Origin: Lingula anatina
Lineage: Eukaryota; Animalia; Brachiopoda
Assembly: GCA_051362555.1 (NCBI GenBank)
Contig: CM120640.1
Span: 70,472,788-70,536,787 of the forward strand
Reading direction: 5' to 3'
DNA length: 64,000 nucleotides
Under the pieces are notes generated by a model that saw only the letters and a program-made list of their open reading frames with translations, did not search any database and was not told where the DNA came from. Positions 50,001 through 64,000 of the stretch are shown here, piece after piece (position 1 is the first letter of the stretch; the number at the start of each line of letters is the position of its first letter). Position numbers and translations under genes: made by a program.

Positions 50001-53000
50001 CTGAACTATTTTACGACCTGCTGCGTGTCCACATCACTTTGTGTTCAGGAGCCAATATCTCTATCATAATCTCATACAGGCTATGGTTACATAATTGAAT
50101 AAATGAAGAGAAAGGTTAATGACCGCTACACCACGTTGAACACCATGTGATTTTTAAATTCCATATTTCTATAATCCAGTCAACCAGGATGACTGGACCT
50201 ACATGATTCCACATATAAACCAGATTTCTAAACACATAGAGCCCCAAGAAGACTTTTTTCCCCACTTGCTGAGCACATTTTAACTTAACCAATTGTTTTC
50301 AATTTTTACCTCAATTAATATTTAACACAAGGTAAAATTTCACTTCCCAGGGTTAATAAAAGAGGATAAGGGTGGGGGTGGGGGGGGGGGGGGGGGGTGA
50401 GGGGCATTCAGCCAGTCTACATTAATCTTTGTTAACACCACTATCAATCATGACTGCAAGTTCCGCAATCAAACTGCACCTAATCTGTAGTTTGAAAGCC
50501 AGTAGCGGCTGATTATTTGAAGTTTACAGGAAATCCAATGAAATGGACCTGTCAAATTTTATCAGGACATGAACTGGGGAAGGGTTCCAGTCATACTCAA
50601 AGGGACTCACGGAGAGCAAATTGAGACTTTATTTTCCTAAACCTAGGTTGGCTCACAAGCCCTAGCTTTGTTGTGTGTAATCTTTATCAACAGCATACCG
50701 CTGTAACCTATCAAGTTTTATCAGAGATTTGACAATTTCCTTTCGGAGGATACAGTTATCACTTTGTCTTCCCCTCCCATGTTAGCAGCCCTTTTCCTAC
50801 TACCATGTCACTGAAGTCAGTTGGTGAATGAATTTCCTTTCATTAAAAGGTGCAGCGTAGTGAATGAATATGACCTAACATAGTATAAGCCAACGATAAT
50901 ACATGTGCCCTAATGTCACCCTTTCGCTGCAGGCATTGTGCAAGAAAATCAAGCGGTAATGTATGGACAACACGCCCATACAATGATGTATTCTTTTCTC
51001 TGCTTGTTTCAAATGGCGGCAATATATTTACTAGCACTGAAAGACACTTCAACAGCCACAGGATAAACAGATAAATGAAATGATACCCGTAAGAAAATAT
51101 TAGTTTGATAAAATTTCAGTGCAGTAACAGATTACATGTAAAGTGCACTGGCTATTGAAGGCCAGTGAATGAAGCTAATTTTAATATTCAGAAAGTTAGT
51201 ACATATGAATTAATGCACCATGGGGAATAAGTGGGCACATTCTTTAGGCTGACCTAGGACAACATTTGGGATGTCAACAGGTTAAACCATCCCCGGGAAA
51301 GAATATTTTTATAGGGTGAAGCCGTCTAGCCTATCACGGGCAGCCAATTCAGGCCACATGTAACAAACCTACACATATTTCCCCTCATTGAAAATCTGTC
51401 TCTCATTTCTATTGTCAATATCCCAGTATTTATCAAATAAACTGCACTGGCAGATCTTAGGTGTGTGCTGAGATTACTGAGCATTGTTTCCCATCTGTAA
51501 CTGCACCAAGCAGCCAGTCAGGCAATCAGACGCCATGACGTAAACCTGTTTAACGCAAACTTGTTCAACAAGGTGTAATAAGTAACTGTGTGGTTAATAA
51601 GCTCAGGCTTTCATCCCAGCCTTCATGTAAAGTTACAATTTACTGTACAACAAACAGCTCAAGGAATCAAAAAGCAGCAACAACTTTTGACGTGTGAATC
51701 CATTATTCCAGTAACGGCAGGGGAGCACAATAAAGTCCCCTACTCTATTAACTAGCGTAATTGCCCTCTATTGCCTCATGCACAGAGCGGGTGGGCTCAA
51801 GGCCTTATTGAATATTGACTATTTATTTTATAAATCCTAAATAAACAATGGGAATGGCCGTTGATAAGTTGGAAGCATTTAACTGTAATAATGTTTTCCT
51901 GCTTTTATGCCTGCCTCCGCAGTGAAGTTGCTGGGGACAGTTTCTATCTTCAACCTCATACCAGGTCAACCTCACTCCCTTCTGTCCCTCAATTACCCCC
52001 CCCCCCCCCCCCCCCCGGCCGCCTTCCCTCATTTCACAGCCTAAGAAACATATTAGAGAGATTGATATTTGTCAGCATTTTCCTGTTTCTTTGTCTCCTG
52101 TGACCTGTTGTACAAAGTTACAAGAAGCACATTCTTTTCTAACCACAAGTCTTTATTAAGTCCAAGGTGTGGGAGATGCAATACACAATGCCTGAGAAAC
52201 TAAAACCCTGGTAAAGGAAGTGGTGACGTACCTTAGATTAATAGAGCTCTTAAATGTCACCAAGATAATAGAAAACATTATATGTAAATGTCAGCAAGAA
52301 TGCAAGAACAGTTATCCAGAAATGAAGTCTTCAACTTATTTCAGCCACATCTACCTCAGCTATGACAATTGACAGCACATCCACGTCTTAAGGCACAAAA
52401 ATTAACTGGGGTATGAAACATTTTTACATTTTATCATAAAATGAAAACTTATATGTGTTTCTGCTCTGCTTAAACTCCTGCTAAATAAGATGTATGCACA
52501 CTGCTCTCAAAAGTTTTAAAAAAAAAATCTAGTTTAATACACTAAGTTAGGAATAAATAATGTAACACTGATGAAACCAAGGGGCTCCACACAGAATCAC
52601 TGGTGCTTTCTTCTATGTACTCTAGCTAGCTCTTTCAATTCAAATAAAACATCCTGATTCTCTACGAGTATGAATGTACCTTTTTCTTATTATAACAAGC
52701 GTCAGATATTGTCACTAGATACCAAACCAGTTAGTGGTAAGAGGCAGGAAGGAGAGAAGGAGAGAGGGTGGAGATCAGGGCATTGACATGAAAGTGTGTC
52801 AAATTAACTTGTGCTCAATATTCTGGCACAGGAATGAAGGAATTTCTTCACTGAAGAGAGTTATCTGGACACCATCGCACACTGGTGGTTAAATAACAAA
52901 ATTTGGAATTTTTTTTTATTGATGTATGTACACCTTCACAAAATAGGTACAACTAACAAACATGGACATAGACAGCTAATAACACTGTACACAAATGTAT

Positions 53001-54009
53001 GACAAGTTTTATTATTATTTTTTTTTTTTTCGAGATTTTTTCCTTCTACAAAACAACCAATCTTTCTGTCCCATTACATGTACTTACACATACCCGCCAG
53101 AACAGGCTGAATATTAATATCATCAAAAGTTAAAGGATTATGCTAGGCCACAAAATGTGCTAATTTCCCACAGAATTAACTTATCACACCACAGGTTATA
53201 AAGCCATATGACATTGCATAATACAAGTATTTATTTTCTGAGTTCAATCCTGATACCATGATTATGGGGTCAGCTTAATGTGATAGAGGTGCTGTTATTG
53301 TGGTGTTTACTCTAGTAATTGGTCATTTACTGTTAAATACCATCACAATACTTCTAGCAGACAGATTTCTATGGACAATCACAGGTCACAGCCTCCATAA
53401 ACATTGAACTAGTACCAATAAAGACCAGTTTAAAATAATATGATTATGTACATAAACCTTAAATTAAGCAGTCTTACAAAATTGCTCTGTGTATGAGTAT
53501 CAAGCTTCAAAATTCCTGATATGATTGGCAAGTCCCACGTTAAACTGTTATGTATACACATGCATCTTCAACCCCCGCACTAGTGTTGTGTCTATAGTTT
53601 ATTTCTCCAGCCATATCAGTTAAATCAACTGCCATCTCTGTCACGTCTACATATAGGAGGGATGTTGCCTGCCCAAACAAACCACAGGTTGCTAATATGG
53701 CACTAATCTGTTTAATAAAAACACGTTAAAATCACAACAAAAGGTTTCATAAAAATAATCAATTCGGGTATCTTTGTGATCTACATAATGGGGAAGGTGT
53801 TCTCAGGAAAGGTCTTGGTGTCACTTAGGGCACAACTGCTCTCTCACCAGAATCTAAAAATAAAACCAGAAATTGATTTCCTAAAGAAAAAAAAAGGATC
53901 AATACATCATGTAGAGTGATGTACACTGGGAAGCAAAGGCATGAAATGCATACCCGACATCCTGTTATATATACATGGTCCTGCCACCAGAGGATCTATA
54001 GATATGACA

Positions 54010-54240
54010 GGGAGGATGTGGGATGAAGTGCGGAAAGATGTGGGATATAGTGTGGGACAATGCGGGATATTGTCTAGGATGTAATGGGATAAAGTGTGGA
54101 ACAATATGGGATAAATTTTGGATTAATGTGGAATGTAGTATGGGTCAGAGTGGGATAGTGTGGGACAATGTGGGATATTGTGGGGTGTAATGTGGGGCAA
54201 TGTAAAACAACATGGGATAAAGTATAGGACAATGTGTATG
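54010..54240. repeat. Degenerate low-complexity repeat (tgtgggat / atgtggg motifs)
   Basis: Repeated variants of aatgtgggata; explains the H/P/I-rich spurious ORFs. Confidence 0.7.
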
Positions 54241-56679
54241 TGTATAAGGACAGTCAGTAGCATGTAGCAGTAGTAAGGGCCTGTATCATGAGATGGTGAA
54301 AGCTTTTGAACTGTTAGAACTGGCAAGCCAAATCTGTTCAATTTCCTTAGCTATACTGACCAAGACAATCACAAGTTTTCCTGGGAGCTAGATTAAAAAC
54401 TAAAAAAAGAAAATTCAGTCATCTTGTACGCAGGCTTAAATGCACTGTGTAAAGGTCCACAGAGTACATCTGTCACTGGTCAACTTTGTCATGGCCTTTT
54501 ATTTCAAATCTACTTTTAGACAAAATGAAAATAGATGGCTATTTGATATTGCACAAGTGAAAAAAATATCTTATCTGCAGTGAAAAAGTGTTTTCTTTTC
54601 TACATCTTAACAACATCTAGCTGACATGATTTTAATGAATAGAAACCTTTTCTTTCGAAAAAAAACTTTATTACTACGCCAACAATCTTCTAAAGCCATT
54701 GTGTGTGTGTGATGCTAATACCAGTTCTGTTAGAGACTGGACAAGAACCAGAGGGCAGTAGGTGGTCTGAGAGGTCATGTACCGTGGTCAAAGCGTGAGC
54801 TGGGTCAGTGACACCAGGGTGTGTTGGGCTGGCGTCCCCGTCCCAGGCGTAGCCACAGTTAGAGTACATTACAGGTGACTAACCACAATCAGCTGATGCT
54901 AGGGTAATGAGGTGCACAGGCTCAGGGCACGGCCGCCGTCGCCGAAAGCACGCCAATTCTTTACTAAAGAAAACTTCGGAAAAACTTGTCAATGGGGTGT
55001 TGAAAGGCCTGTTATGTGTGTCGGCCTACATAACTTGCCGTAATGGACAATGGGCCGGCCAAAAAGCATCAAATATCACCTACAATCACCATGCCAAAAA
55101 GGTCAGTCGGAACATTATGATTTTCATGAATGGGCTGAAAGCAACCCGTCAGATAAATATTATTGGAATGCGTCAACAAAGAATCGAGTCAGATATTTTT
55201 ATTCTCTACTTCTCATTCATGAAGTTTGTCTGAGTCTAGATTTAATGGAGGGCCGTTTTTCTATTTTTCTATAGGTATGCCTAGACCCCCACGGCAGAAC
55301 CTGATACAACAGTTATTTGCCCATACAATTTCTTCAATAACTATTTACTTTTCCGGTCGATCCCTCTCTTTGACCAAGGATAATGTTATTAAGTCCACCA
55401 GATTGGGGGAACGGCTGAGATTAAAACTGAAATGAGCTTAGTTAGTTGTACTGTATCACCTCTGTGTTGACCAGTGCTGGGAAATTGACCAAAATTTTAA
55501 TTTTTCATAAACAATCCACAGCAGAGGAGAAATGAAATCAAAGCAATCAGTGAATCAGTAGCAAGCCATCAAGTCCACAGCAAGGGGGCAGCACTGGAGT
55601 CAAAAGTCTGGTGTAGGATAAAATCTGGATAAACTGAAAAGTCACATATTTTGTAGGCAATAGACAGCTGATCTACGATCTACGCAAATTCCAGCAATTT
55701 TCCCTAAACTTGGTATTTACCTGCACCTGTTTCTAGGGAAGTTTTCACCAAGATTCTAGAGATTTTTATTGACATTGAAATTTCATTTTACACTTATCCA
55801 AACTATCTCTCCACCTGTTGGTGGGCTGTGAGCTTCTAGTCTGCGCTGTTTTCAAACAAACACGTCCAATCTAAATATTGACCCAGAACATAAGCCTCCC
55901 AAAAATGGACCGTCTGAAAGTGAATCTCTGCTAGTTATCCATACATGACTCAAGATTGTCTTTTCAATCATCTGTGTGTTCACCTGTATTTTACCAAGCC
56001 ATCACAGCTACTTACGCTGTCAGCTGTAATAAATACATGCTTCCACCTCCAGACAGTAGTGCACCTTAATTCAACATGATTATAAATCAAATTGACTTAT
56101 TTATGATTCTGCTCTGAGCACATATTTTATCAGGACTTGATGTCGAAGTACAAAATGCGTGTGAAATGCTCTTTGTCTCAGGTAGTCTCCACGTGCAAGC
56201 CCAAGTCTGCTCCCCATTCTCAGACAACAGAATAATGTTGTCAGTTGATTTCTCCATAGGCACAGTAGCACTTGTAATACAGTCTCTTACGCCCCTCCAA
56301 ATGGATTTTATCATAAAAGCCTGGCTATCAAATGCCTCGTTAAACTGGATAGAGCACAATGGCCAAGGTAGTAAATATTTTTTTCTAGAGGATGAAGTAG
56401 TCAAAGTGAGCTAAAAGGCATACATTCAGTTTCAGCTTGCAGATTTACCAGTAATAGCCAACTGAATGCAAAATTGCTTGCTCAATTGAAACAATAGTTC
56501 TTCCAAGAAGCAGAATCAGGTCTGGCCAAGAAAAGCAATAGAATGAAAGAAAATGATCAGAAAAGTGTGTGTGCACCAGGGTTTACATGACTGCACAGCT
56601 GACGAGCTGTTCACACATCTCAAAGCATACTGAAGCTAGCTGGAGTAGTACAGACAACACTGGAAGTAGCACTCTTATG

Positions 56680-57301
56680 GGGTGCGCTTCGCTATGCCGA
56701 AGGTTCGCTATGCCGAAGGTTCGCTGTGCCGAGGGTTCGCTATGCCGAAGGTTCGTTATGCCGAGGGTTCGCTGAGCCGAAGGTTCGCTATACCGAGGGT
56801 TCGCTATGCCGATTGTTTTTAAAAAGATGTTAATTTTACACACACCCAATAACTACAACAAGTTCGCCAAAAATAATTAGAGAATGTTTTCTTGTCAGTA
56901 ATTTCCTAAATGTGGGTGACGCCCATAGTGCCAAAAATAATTAATATATTAACTTACAGAACTGATTATTTAAAGCGATTTAAGATGTTTATGTCCATAA
57001 GGATAAACCTTCAATGCGCAGTTTTAACAAATCCAAATGGTACGGATGGAAGAAGAGAACTTTTAAAACTCGTTTATTTTCAAAAAAGGCCACTGCTCGC
57101 CACGTTACATAACAAGCACAATGGGTGATGGGTAGCCGACTTTTTCGGCGCAGCGAACCCTCGGCACAGCGAACCATCGGCATAGCGAACCTTTGATTTT
57201 GGGGCTCCGGAAAAACTTAGCCGATTTTAGACCAATTTTCCGGTTTTGTCGGCACAGTGAACCCTCGGCACAGCGAACCTTCGGCACAGCGCACTGTCCC
57301 C
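56680..57301. mobile_element. ~620-bp MITE with 17-bp subterminal tandem repeats and 8-bp TSD
   Basis: Left (ggttcgctatgccgaa/g)n, right inverted (tcggcacagcgaacc)n, GGG...CCC termini. Exact TSD ctcttatg at 56672-56679 and 57302-57309. Confidence 0.9.
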
Positions 57302-57365
57302 CTCTTATGTTGCAGATAGGTTTACTGGTCAATGGCCATTCAGGTCAAGACACCATTCAGACACT

Positions 57366-57586
57366 TAGGGTCTATTCCCATAGATTTTAGATCGATCTAT
57401 CCCCGCGGGGAGTCTCACTAGATTACTTTCAGATAATCCGACTTAAATGTCCGTCCCGCCTACTACAAGCTGTAAGGGGGTAATTAACTTTCATGTCCGC
57501 CCGGCTGACAGCTATTTAGCGTGAACCCCCAGGGAGTTAGGTCGATCTAAAGTAGATCGATCTAATCTCTGGAAATGGGGTCTTAA
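57366..57586. mobile_element. Small MITE, possibly PIF/Harbinger-like (TTA/TAA flanks)
   Basis: ttagggtctattcccatagattttagatcgatcta is imperfectly inverted at tagatcgatctaatctctggaaatggggtcttaa. Confidence 0.6.
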
Positions 57587-60500
57587 ATGTCCAAGTGCTG
57601 ATCCCTAATTATAACTAGTGGAATATGTGTGTGGTACAAGTGTAATGTGTGGTGTTTGTTTTCCAGAATGTAGATTTTCAGTGACTGGGTCTGTGCAGTT
57701 TCATATGGAACAGTAAGGAACAAAGCCAGCATTATTACCTCAAGCTTTACAAATGTGAAAACATAGTTTAGTAAAGAACAAAGCCATCATGGAAATACTG
57801 GTATCAGCGTGGTGGTTTAATATACCAGCATCTACCAGAGTGGTATTCTCTCCACATTATACATCTCACACTACCTGTTTCTAATTTCACAAATTATCAA
57901 AATTAAAGGGATAACAACTGTTCATTTTGGCAAAAAAATGAATTTTCCTGAGGTAAAGGATAATTCCCCATACTGAGCAATGGTTAATGAATCCATTCCC
58001 ACATTCAAAGTTAGTCCCTGTTTTTTTTTTTGTTTGTTTTTTTTCTAAAAGGTTTGGTTTTTCGTAATTTTCTATGGAGGTCACGTGATGTGATGACAAG
58101 CACAAATTACAGAATAATTGGGTTAACCAACATTTTGGTGGTAATATAGAATTTGTTATATTTCTATGAGTTGTTTACAATGTATTTATTGTGAAATATG
58201 GATATCATACGAACAGTTGTTATCCCTTTAATCTCTGGAGTGATATAATTTCGACACTAACATCCCAAAGAGACAAATAAAAGATGTTTCAATTTACCAT
58301 ATGGCCCAGGTAGTTTCAAGTTTCAAGTTACTTAGAAAGTCACCAATATCCTGGTTGTTTTTTCACAGAAACATCCTTCATACAGCACTGCACACTTGTT
58401 TACACTGTTAACAAATGTTGAGGAAAAGGTTTGTTAAGGAAATATAATAATTCAATGTTAGGAAAAAATGGTCAACATCAATCTTAGCAGGACATGTGAA
58501 GCCTACGCATGACAACAACGTTACCTGTTTTCTTGTGAATGAAAAATAATCTCAAAGAACCCATCCTTATTTTCTATTCACTATTTGCATTAATCCTATA
58601 ATATGAAAGAGGAAAACGTATATAATATTACATCTGTTACAATGTTTGTCATACAGGCTGTTTTATTTCTACAAGAAACATCAAAACCCCTTGTCTGGAG
58701 TAAGTTTAATATAATGTATTAAAATTAAAACACATGCCTGCTCTCTTCAATATTGCTGACTCACACGCCAAAAGCAGGTGTTACAAGCATATTGTTTTAA
58801 AATTATCCAAGAAAGATAACACATCCCAGCAAGCCATCAGTGTACAGCAACTGACATCTATGTAGGTCAAAATGCTCACATAGAATTGTATCAGTGCTGT
58901 TCTTGATGCAGAGCCAGATATAGCTGTTAGTGGTTACATCCTGTTAAACATTAAAAATGCAATGAATGTAATGTCAATCATGTATTTCCTCTTTTCTTGT
59001 TAACTATAAGAATAGTGCTATTTGGGAAAATATCCACTTATCAGTCAAGGAATAAGCAGATCTGATATTGTGCAGGGATCAATCATGAATTTATCAGATG
59101 CAACAGCCTGTAAAAGGAAATCCTGATATAAATACATAATATGCTGGTTAACAGGACAAAGGCAACTGTGGACCTAGTGGGTCAGCCTGAATACAGCTCT
59201 CTACATCCTCTCTAGATCCTGTTCTGTTCCAGGCCTCTATACATCTACATGGCCATTTACTGCCTTAAAAATATGTATTCTGGAGCCTGTGTGGAATCTG
59301 GAGAAGCAGTGCTCCCCAGCCCTCCACCTGTCTGGAAGGTGTCACCTTACTGTAACCTCACTGGTATTCTAGCCTCTACAGGATGGCTGACTGACCTATG
59401 CCCAGGATATATATATATAGTAGTAGATCTGGCCATATGTTCATGATCAGGCCAATGAGCTCCTAATTCCAGAAATACAAATATATCTCACCACTGACAA
59501 AAAATCCCAGGCAGAAAAGAAAATCGGATATTAAAAGTTTTCCTTGTTTCTATTTCCCCTTGAATATTCTCAAGATTAAATGCACCCTTTTTCTCTTGGT
59601 GTCTTAAATTATATAAGACTATCGTCCTGGCTGATTTTAGGGAATTATTCTATTTGTAAGATAAAGAGAATTTTATTTTAGGTATCAGATAGCTAAGTAT
59701 GTAATTACTCCAGTTATCAAGTAATGTGCCACACAATGTGGTCATCCACCACGTGCTGCTCACACTGCATTGGTGACAAATTTTTATCAACAGACATTTC
59801 AAAGTCATTTAAGTCAAAAGCTTTGAATTTTTTTCACGTATGAAAAAAAAAGAAGACAAAAAGAAACCCCTTGCACACATGATTTTGCTATGTTCAACCC
59901 TTCCTAGTTTCCTCATACGTCAAAACATGAAAAACACACACACAAACACACACACACACACACAAAAAAAAAACAAAAAAACTGGTTACTTAACAGTTGT
60001 TGGTTCAAACAACCATAATTTGTACTCAATTTTTTGTTCGTTATTTTTAACGATAACAGTGGAATTAAACATAAATATTCTTTCCTTGTCCTCTGCAACA
60101 TGAATATTTTCATTTCATTAATCTTAAATAATATAGATATCTGCCGCACCCCTCCCCTCTCCCGCCACCAGATCATGATATGGGGATTAATTCACCAGCT
60201 TATTACACAGACTAAGAAGGTAAAACAGCACGAGAGCTTACGCTATATAAATACATAGTAACAAGTTACTGTATCAAGATCTAAACAGCAGGCCCGCCTG
60301 GCCTTATCACACCAAGCAGCCAGCAAGCCAGATAGCGCTGTGTCTTGTAATTCATCAGCAGGGCATGAGTACAAAGTTTATGTGTACCCTGGGCCAGTCT
60401 GACACACCTTCATGGGAGATGAACAGGTGGGGTGTAATCTCCCTGCTCATGCCCTGCGCCTCCCCATGTCCCTAGATGTTTGGACCTGGAAATTCTATAC

Positions 60501-62949
60501 ACTGACCTGTGGCCTAAACATGGGAGTCATACTGCTCTCACAAGCAATGGCTTTTCAAATGTTCACAAATATAAGAGGTTTAACAGTGTATTTTCTTCAA
60601 TTAGCTGTTTAGAAAAGAAATCTTCCTGGGTTAAGTCACAGATCACTTTGTATAGAACAAACTAATAAACTATTCAATAATGAGTAATCATCACCTGTAT
60701 CCAATTCTTTATAAGACTCTCATTTGAACTATTTCCCTGTTTAATTTTTTTTAACTGGGAGGGGGGAGGGGTGGAGGGGTGGAGGGGCGATTACAGAAGC
60801 TTGACATCTACAACAAATATTTTGTCTGTAAATCAATTTGAAATGACTCACATCTTAAAATACACTTTTACTTTCACCACTGAACCCTGCATTGTTCCCT
60901 GTTGACATTAGGTCTAAACTTCATCTCCTGTCAAGTCACTTATTGTAGGGCCCATTTCCAATGAAACTATCATTCTTTGTAGACTGATCCTACTCTGTGG
61001 GGACTCCTGCTGAATGCAATCAGATTAACAAATTAAATGCCTTCTCTTGTTTCTAACATACTCATATAATCACCAGCTTTTCTGTATTCTACTCTAGGAG
61101 AAGGTCTGTAAATGATTTAATCTGTTAATAGTTGGGATTGATCTACTTAGAACAATAACTTCATTGGGAATGGGCCCTTGGTCTAAAATCCCTCTCCCAT
61201 CCAGTGCCTTATTAAAGACTTGTGGTCTTGATCAGCTCTACAAAACACTACAATACAATACAGCATCCAGTCCTCATTTAGAGCTATAAAACTGACCACA
61301 GACCACTTTGGCTGTCCACTACTGCTACCAGTGTGGTTAACAAAGACCAGACACTTTTCTATTTCTACCTCACCACAGATATGTGTGAAACTGGGCTATT
61401 ACTGTTGTCAGACAGAGAGAGACTTCAGAGATCAATAACATATCACAGCAATCATACTAAACTGTCTGAAATAGAATCCAAGACTGCCTTGGAGCAAGGG
61501 ATTTTATGCTGGTGTTCAACAAACTCAGCCGATCTCCTCAACCTGCCAGCTGTCTTTATGTATAAACTATACACATAACAATTTCATATTCTTTCTTAAT
61601 GAAGGTAAATTCATCAATTAGGTTATTTGGTATACACATCTTTCATAGTCTGATGAAGTATTTTTCTTGTCTACCAGTCAAATACGTAATTGGACATTAG
61701 GACAAATCAACTATTTAATCTTGGACATGTGTTTGATTGGACCAGATAATATTTAACAGTTATATAATCAAAGAAGACAAATATACCATTCAGGTGATAA
61801 ATTAAGACATCTTTGATGTTCAGATAAACAAAAACATTTTCACTAATGGTCCAACACACAGCAGGAGCACAATGTCACACAAACTAAATCACCCCCAGCA
61901 ATCGTGATTATAACATTTAAATTACAGACATTTCATTGCTAGGACCAGGCCCAGCACCCAGTGGTTGACTCAGGGCTAGTGTCTTCACACAGGACAATAT
62001 ACCAAGGTATGTAATCTCCTGGCCTGTCCATCACTCACTAAGATAACCATCTCAAAGGGTGCAGTCCACTCTTGACCAATAAAACATAAATGATAACAAA
62101 TAAGTACCAGGTAGTTAACTGTGACTGGCCTTCAGTACAGGGCCGTCTCACCCATATCTTATACATTCCATCAGGGCGGAGATCTGCTTTAACCTGTACG
62201 TTACAACTAGACGACCGAGTTCAAAATCACGGGTTTGCAGGCCGAGTGCCCGAAGGTCAACTTAACTGACCAGCTGGCTGCCCCGCATTGTTGAACCTGG
62301 ATTGATCACTGAAAAATAGTTTTTTAAATATCAGGTTATGGTTACAGGGACCATGTGCCCCTAACACTAAATGTTGTAAATACTGAAAAGGTTAGCATAA
62401 AGTACAATCACGTCGTTTCAACATAGAAATTGAATGTGATCATAAATATGCAGCAAAAGTTTCTGAGCTTCATAAATAAAATCTCATAAGCCTGGTCAAT
62501 AATTCTACTTCCTGATTCTAGCTCCAGTGCCCCCCCCCCCCCCTCCCCCTTACTATAACTCCACACCTACAGGAAGTGTCATAATACAACAACTATACCA
62601 GCATTACACCTAGTACTCACTGTGGGAGCGTGTAGGTGTAAACCAGTACTAAACGTATCAAATTCTCGAATTCCAAGCTTCAATTTTAGCAAACTGGTTT
62701 TTTTAAAAAAAAGGCAAAACCTAGACAATATTGTTGAAAAAATGTCAGTGGTGTCTATTACTATACAAAAGATATTATGTCTGCATAACAGGCAAGACCT
62801 TCTTTTTCATATGCAGATATCTGTTTGAGGTTCGCTGTGAGAGGCAAGAGTCTGACTAGTGACGTCACCAAGGCCCTTTGCTGTTACAAGCCACTTATTG
62901 GACACTAGTGCCCCTGACAGTTTGAACTAAAATGCAGGTATGATTTCCT

Positions 62950-63224
62950 GGGACAGCCCTATATTCCGAAAACTAAAGAAGCCTCTATCAGTCGAATTCA
63001 ATTCTAAAGGCCTGCTATTCCAAAGGTATGAGGGTCTGCCATTCAGAAGGTCCTCTATTCCAAAATAGTTTATTGATGCTATGGCTTAAACTAATTTTGT
63101 AAGTTGTATCAGGGCACTGACCTCCATGTCAAAGAATTATCCATGTAAAATTTGCTATCTTTGTGTACCTTCTGATTAGTGGACGTTTGGAATAGCAGAC
63201 CATCGAAATAAGGAAGCGCAGACA
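62950..63224. mobile_element. Degenerate MITE architecturally related to the 56680 element, opposite orientation
   Basis: Ends gggacag... and ...gaagcgca mirror the asymmetric ends of the 56680 element. Subrepeats ctgctattccaaagg / tttggaatagcagacc; tgatttc near both flanks. Confidence 0.5.
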
Positions 63225-64000
63225 TTGATTTCAGAGACGAAACATAGGATGCCCCCCTTTTTTTCCATAATAGCCAAGTAAAGCAGAAAACAGTTGGCAG
63301 TGGCCTGGATTACAGAGGAAATACACTGGGGGAGAGGAGGGGATAGTAACAAGCACCTGCTTCCTAATGTTAGGTCTTTAACCTTGTTTGATAAAAAATA
63401 TCTATGCAGAAGCCTGGAATCTGCTCTCAGATTTCCTTGGTTTTCAGGCCCTGATCAGATGGTGGGGAGCGCCAGTACTGCTACCTGACCAGGTAAGTAG
63501 CCAAGATGCCTTAACCTACCATCATCATTAGCCACATTATCTGCCACTGAAGTATTCCCCAGAGTGGGAAGAATGCTCTCCTCTTTCATCAATATCTTCA
63601 CCATCTGAGAGACTTACTACATCTACTTGCTTGCAGGGTGCACTGGGAACTACAACATCCTCACTACTAGAACATGCTACACACTAGAGTCTAACGCCAC
63701 CCTATCCAATATGATAAAACTTTGGTATAAGGAACATCTCCACTCCTTTTGATTTCAGAGTTTAGCCCTATTTAAACACCTTCATAAAACAGGACTTTGA
63801 AAATATTTGGGTAAAACTAACAATATACTCAACCATAAGTCAACATTGAGGTTACAAGTCTGCTGCTAAGATCAAACAAAGACAGTATTCTATTACTGAG
63901 GAGCTGAGATCAATACAGGACTTTTTGATCTTTGCCAGTCCTGATAATGCCAGTAGAGCAGTATATGTCACAGACAGACATGTTTGCCACTACATGCTAA

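Noticed and set aside
56087-56414. Overlapping 105-aa (-) and 82-aa (+) ORFs
   Set aside because: No recognisable homology and no convincing splice boundaries linking them to TRIT1 or another gene.

Overview
AT-rich, intron-rich eukaryotic DNA from an invertebrate, probably a mollusc (inferred from repeat style). Five genes can be assembled by hand from GT-AG exons: TMEM14 (minus, runs off the left edge), PPP1R8/NIPP1 (plus, 7 exons, head-to-head with TMEM14), a TMEM200/DUF2371-like gene with one coding exon (minus), an FBXO25/FBXO32 atrogin-type F-box gene (plus, 8 exons) and the 3' part of TRIT1 tRNA isopentenyltransferase (minus; N-terminal exons not found in the window). PPP1R8 intron 2 holds a nested stack of non-autonomous elements: a Helentron/HINE with a ~145-bp satellite, a long-TIR foldback element inside it, and a further TIR element inside that. 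The most unusual signal is that two unrelated genes each carry a minisatellite made of tandem copies of an exon end plus its 5' splice site. In the F-box gene this is 8 x 42 bp, in frame and stop-free; in TRIT1 it is 9 x 35 bp. TRIT1 also has an ambiguous 3' end with an in-frame UGA upstream of a further possible intron. All calls come from reading the sequence and recalled family motifs; no searches were run.
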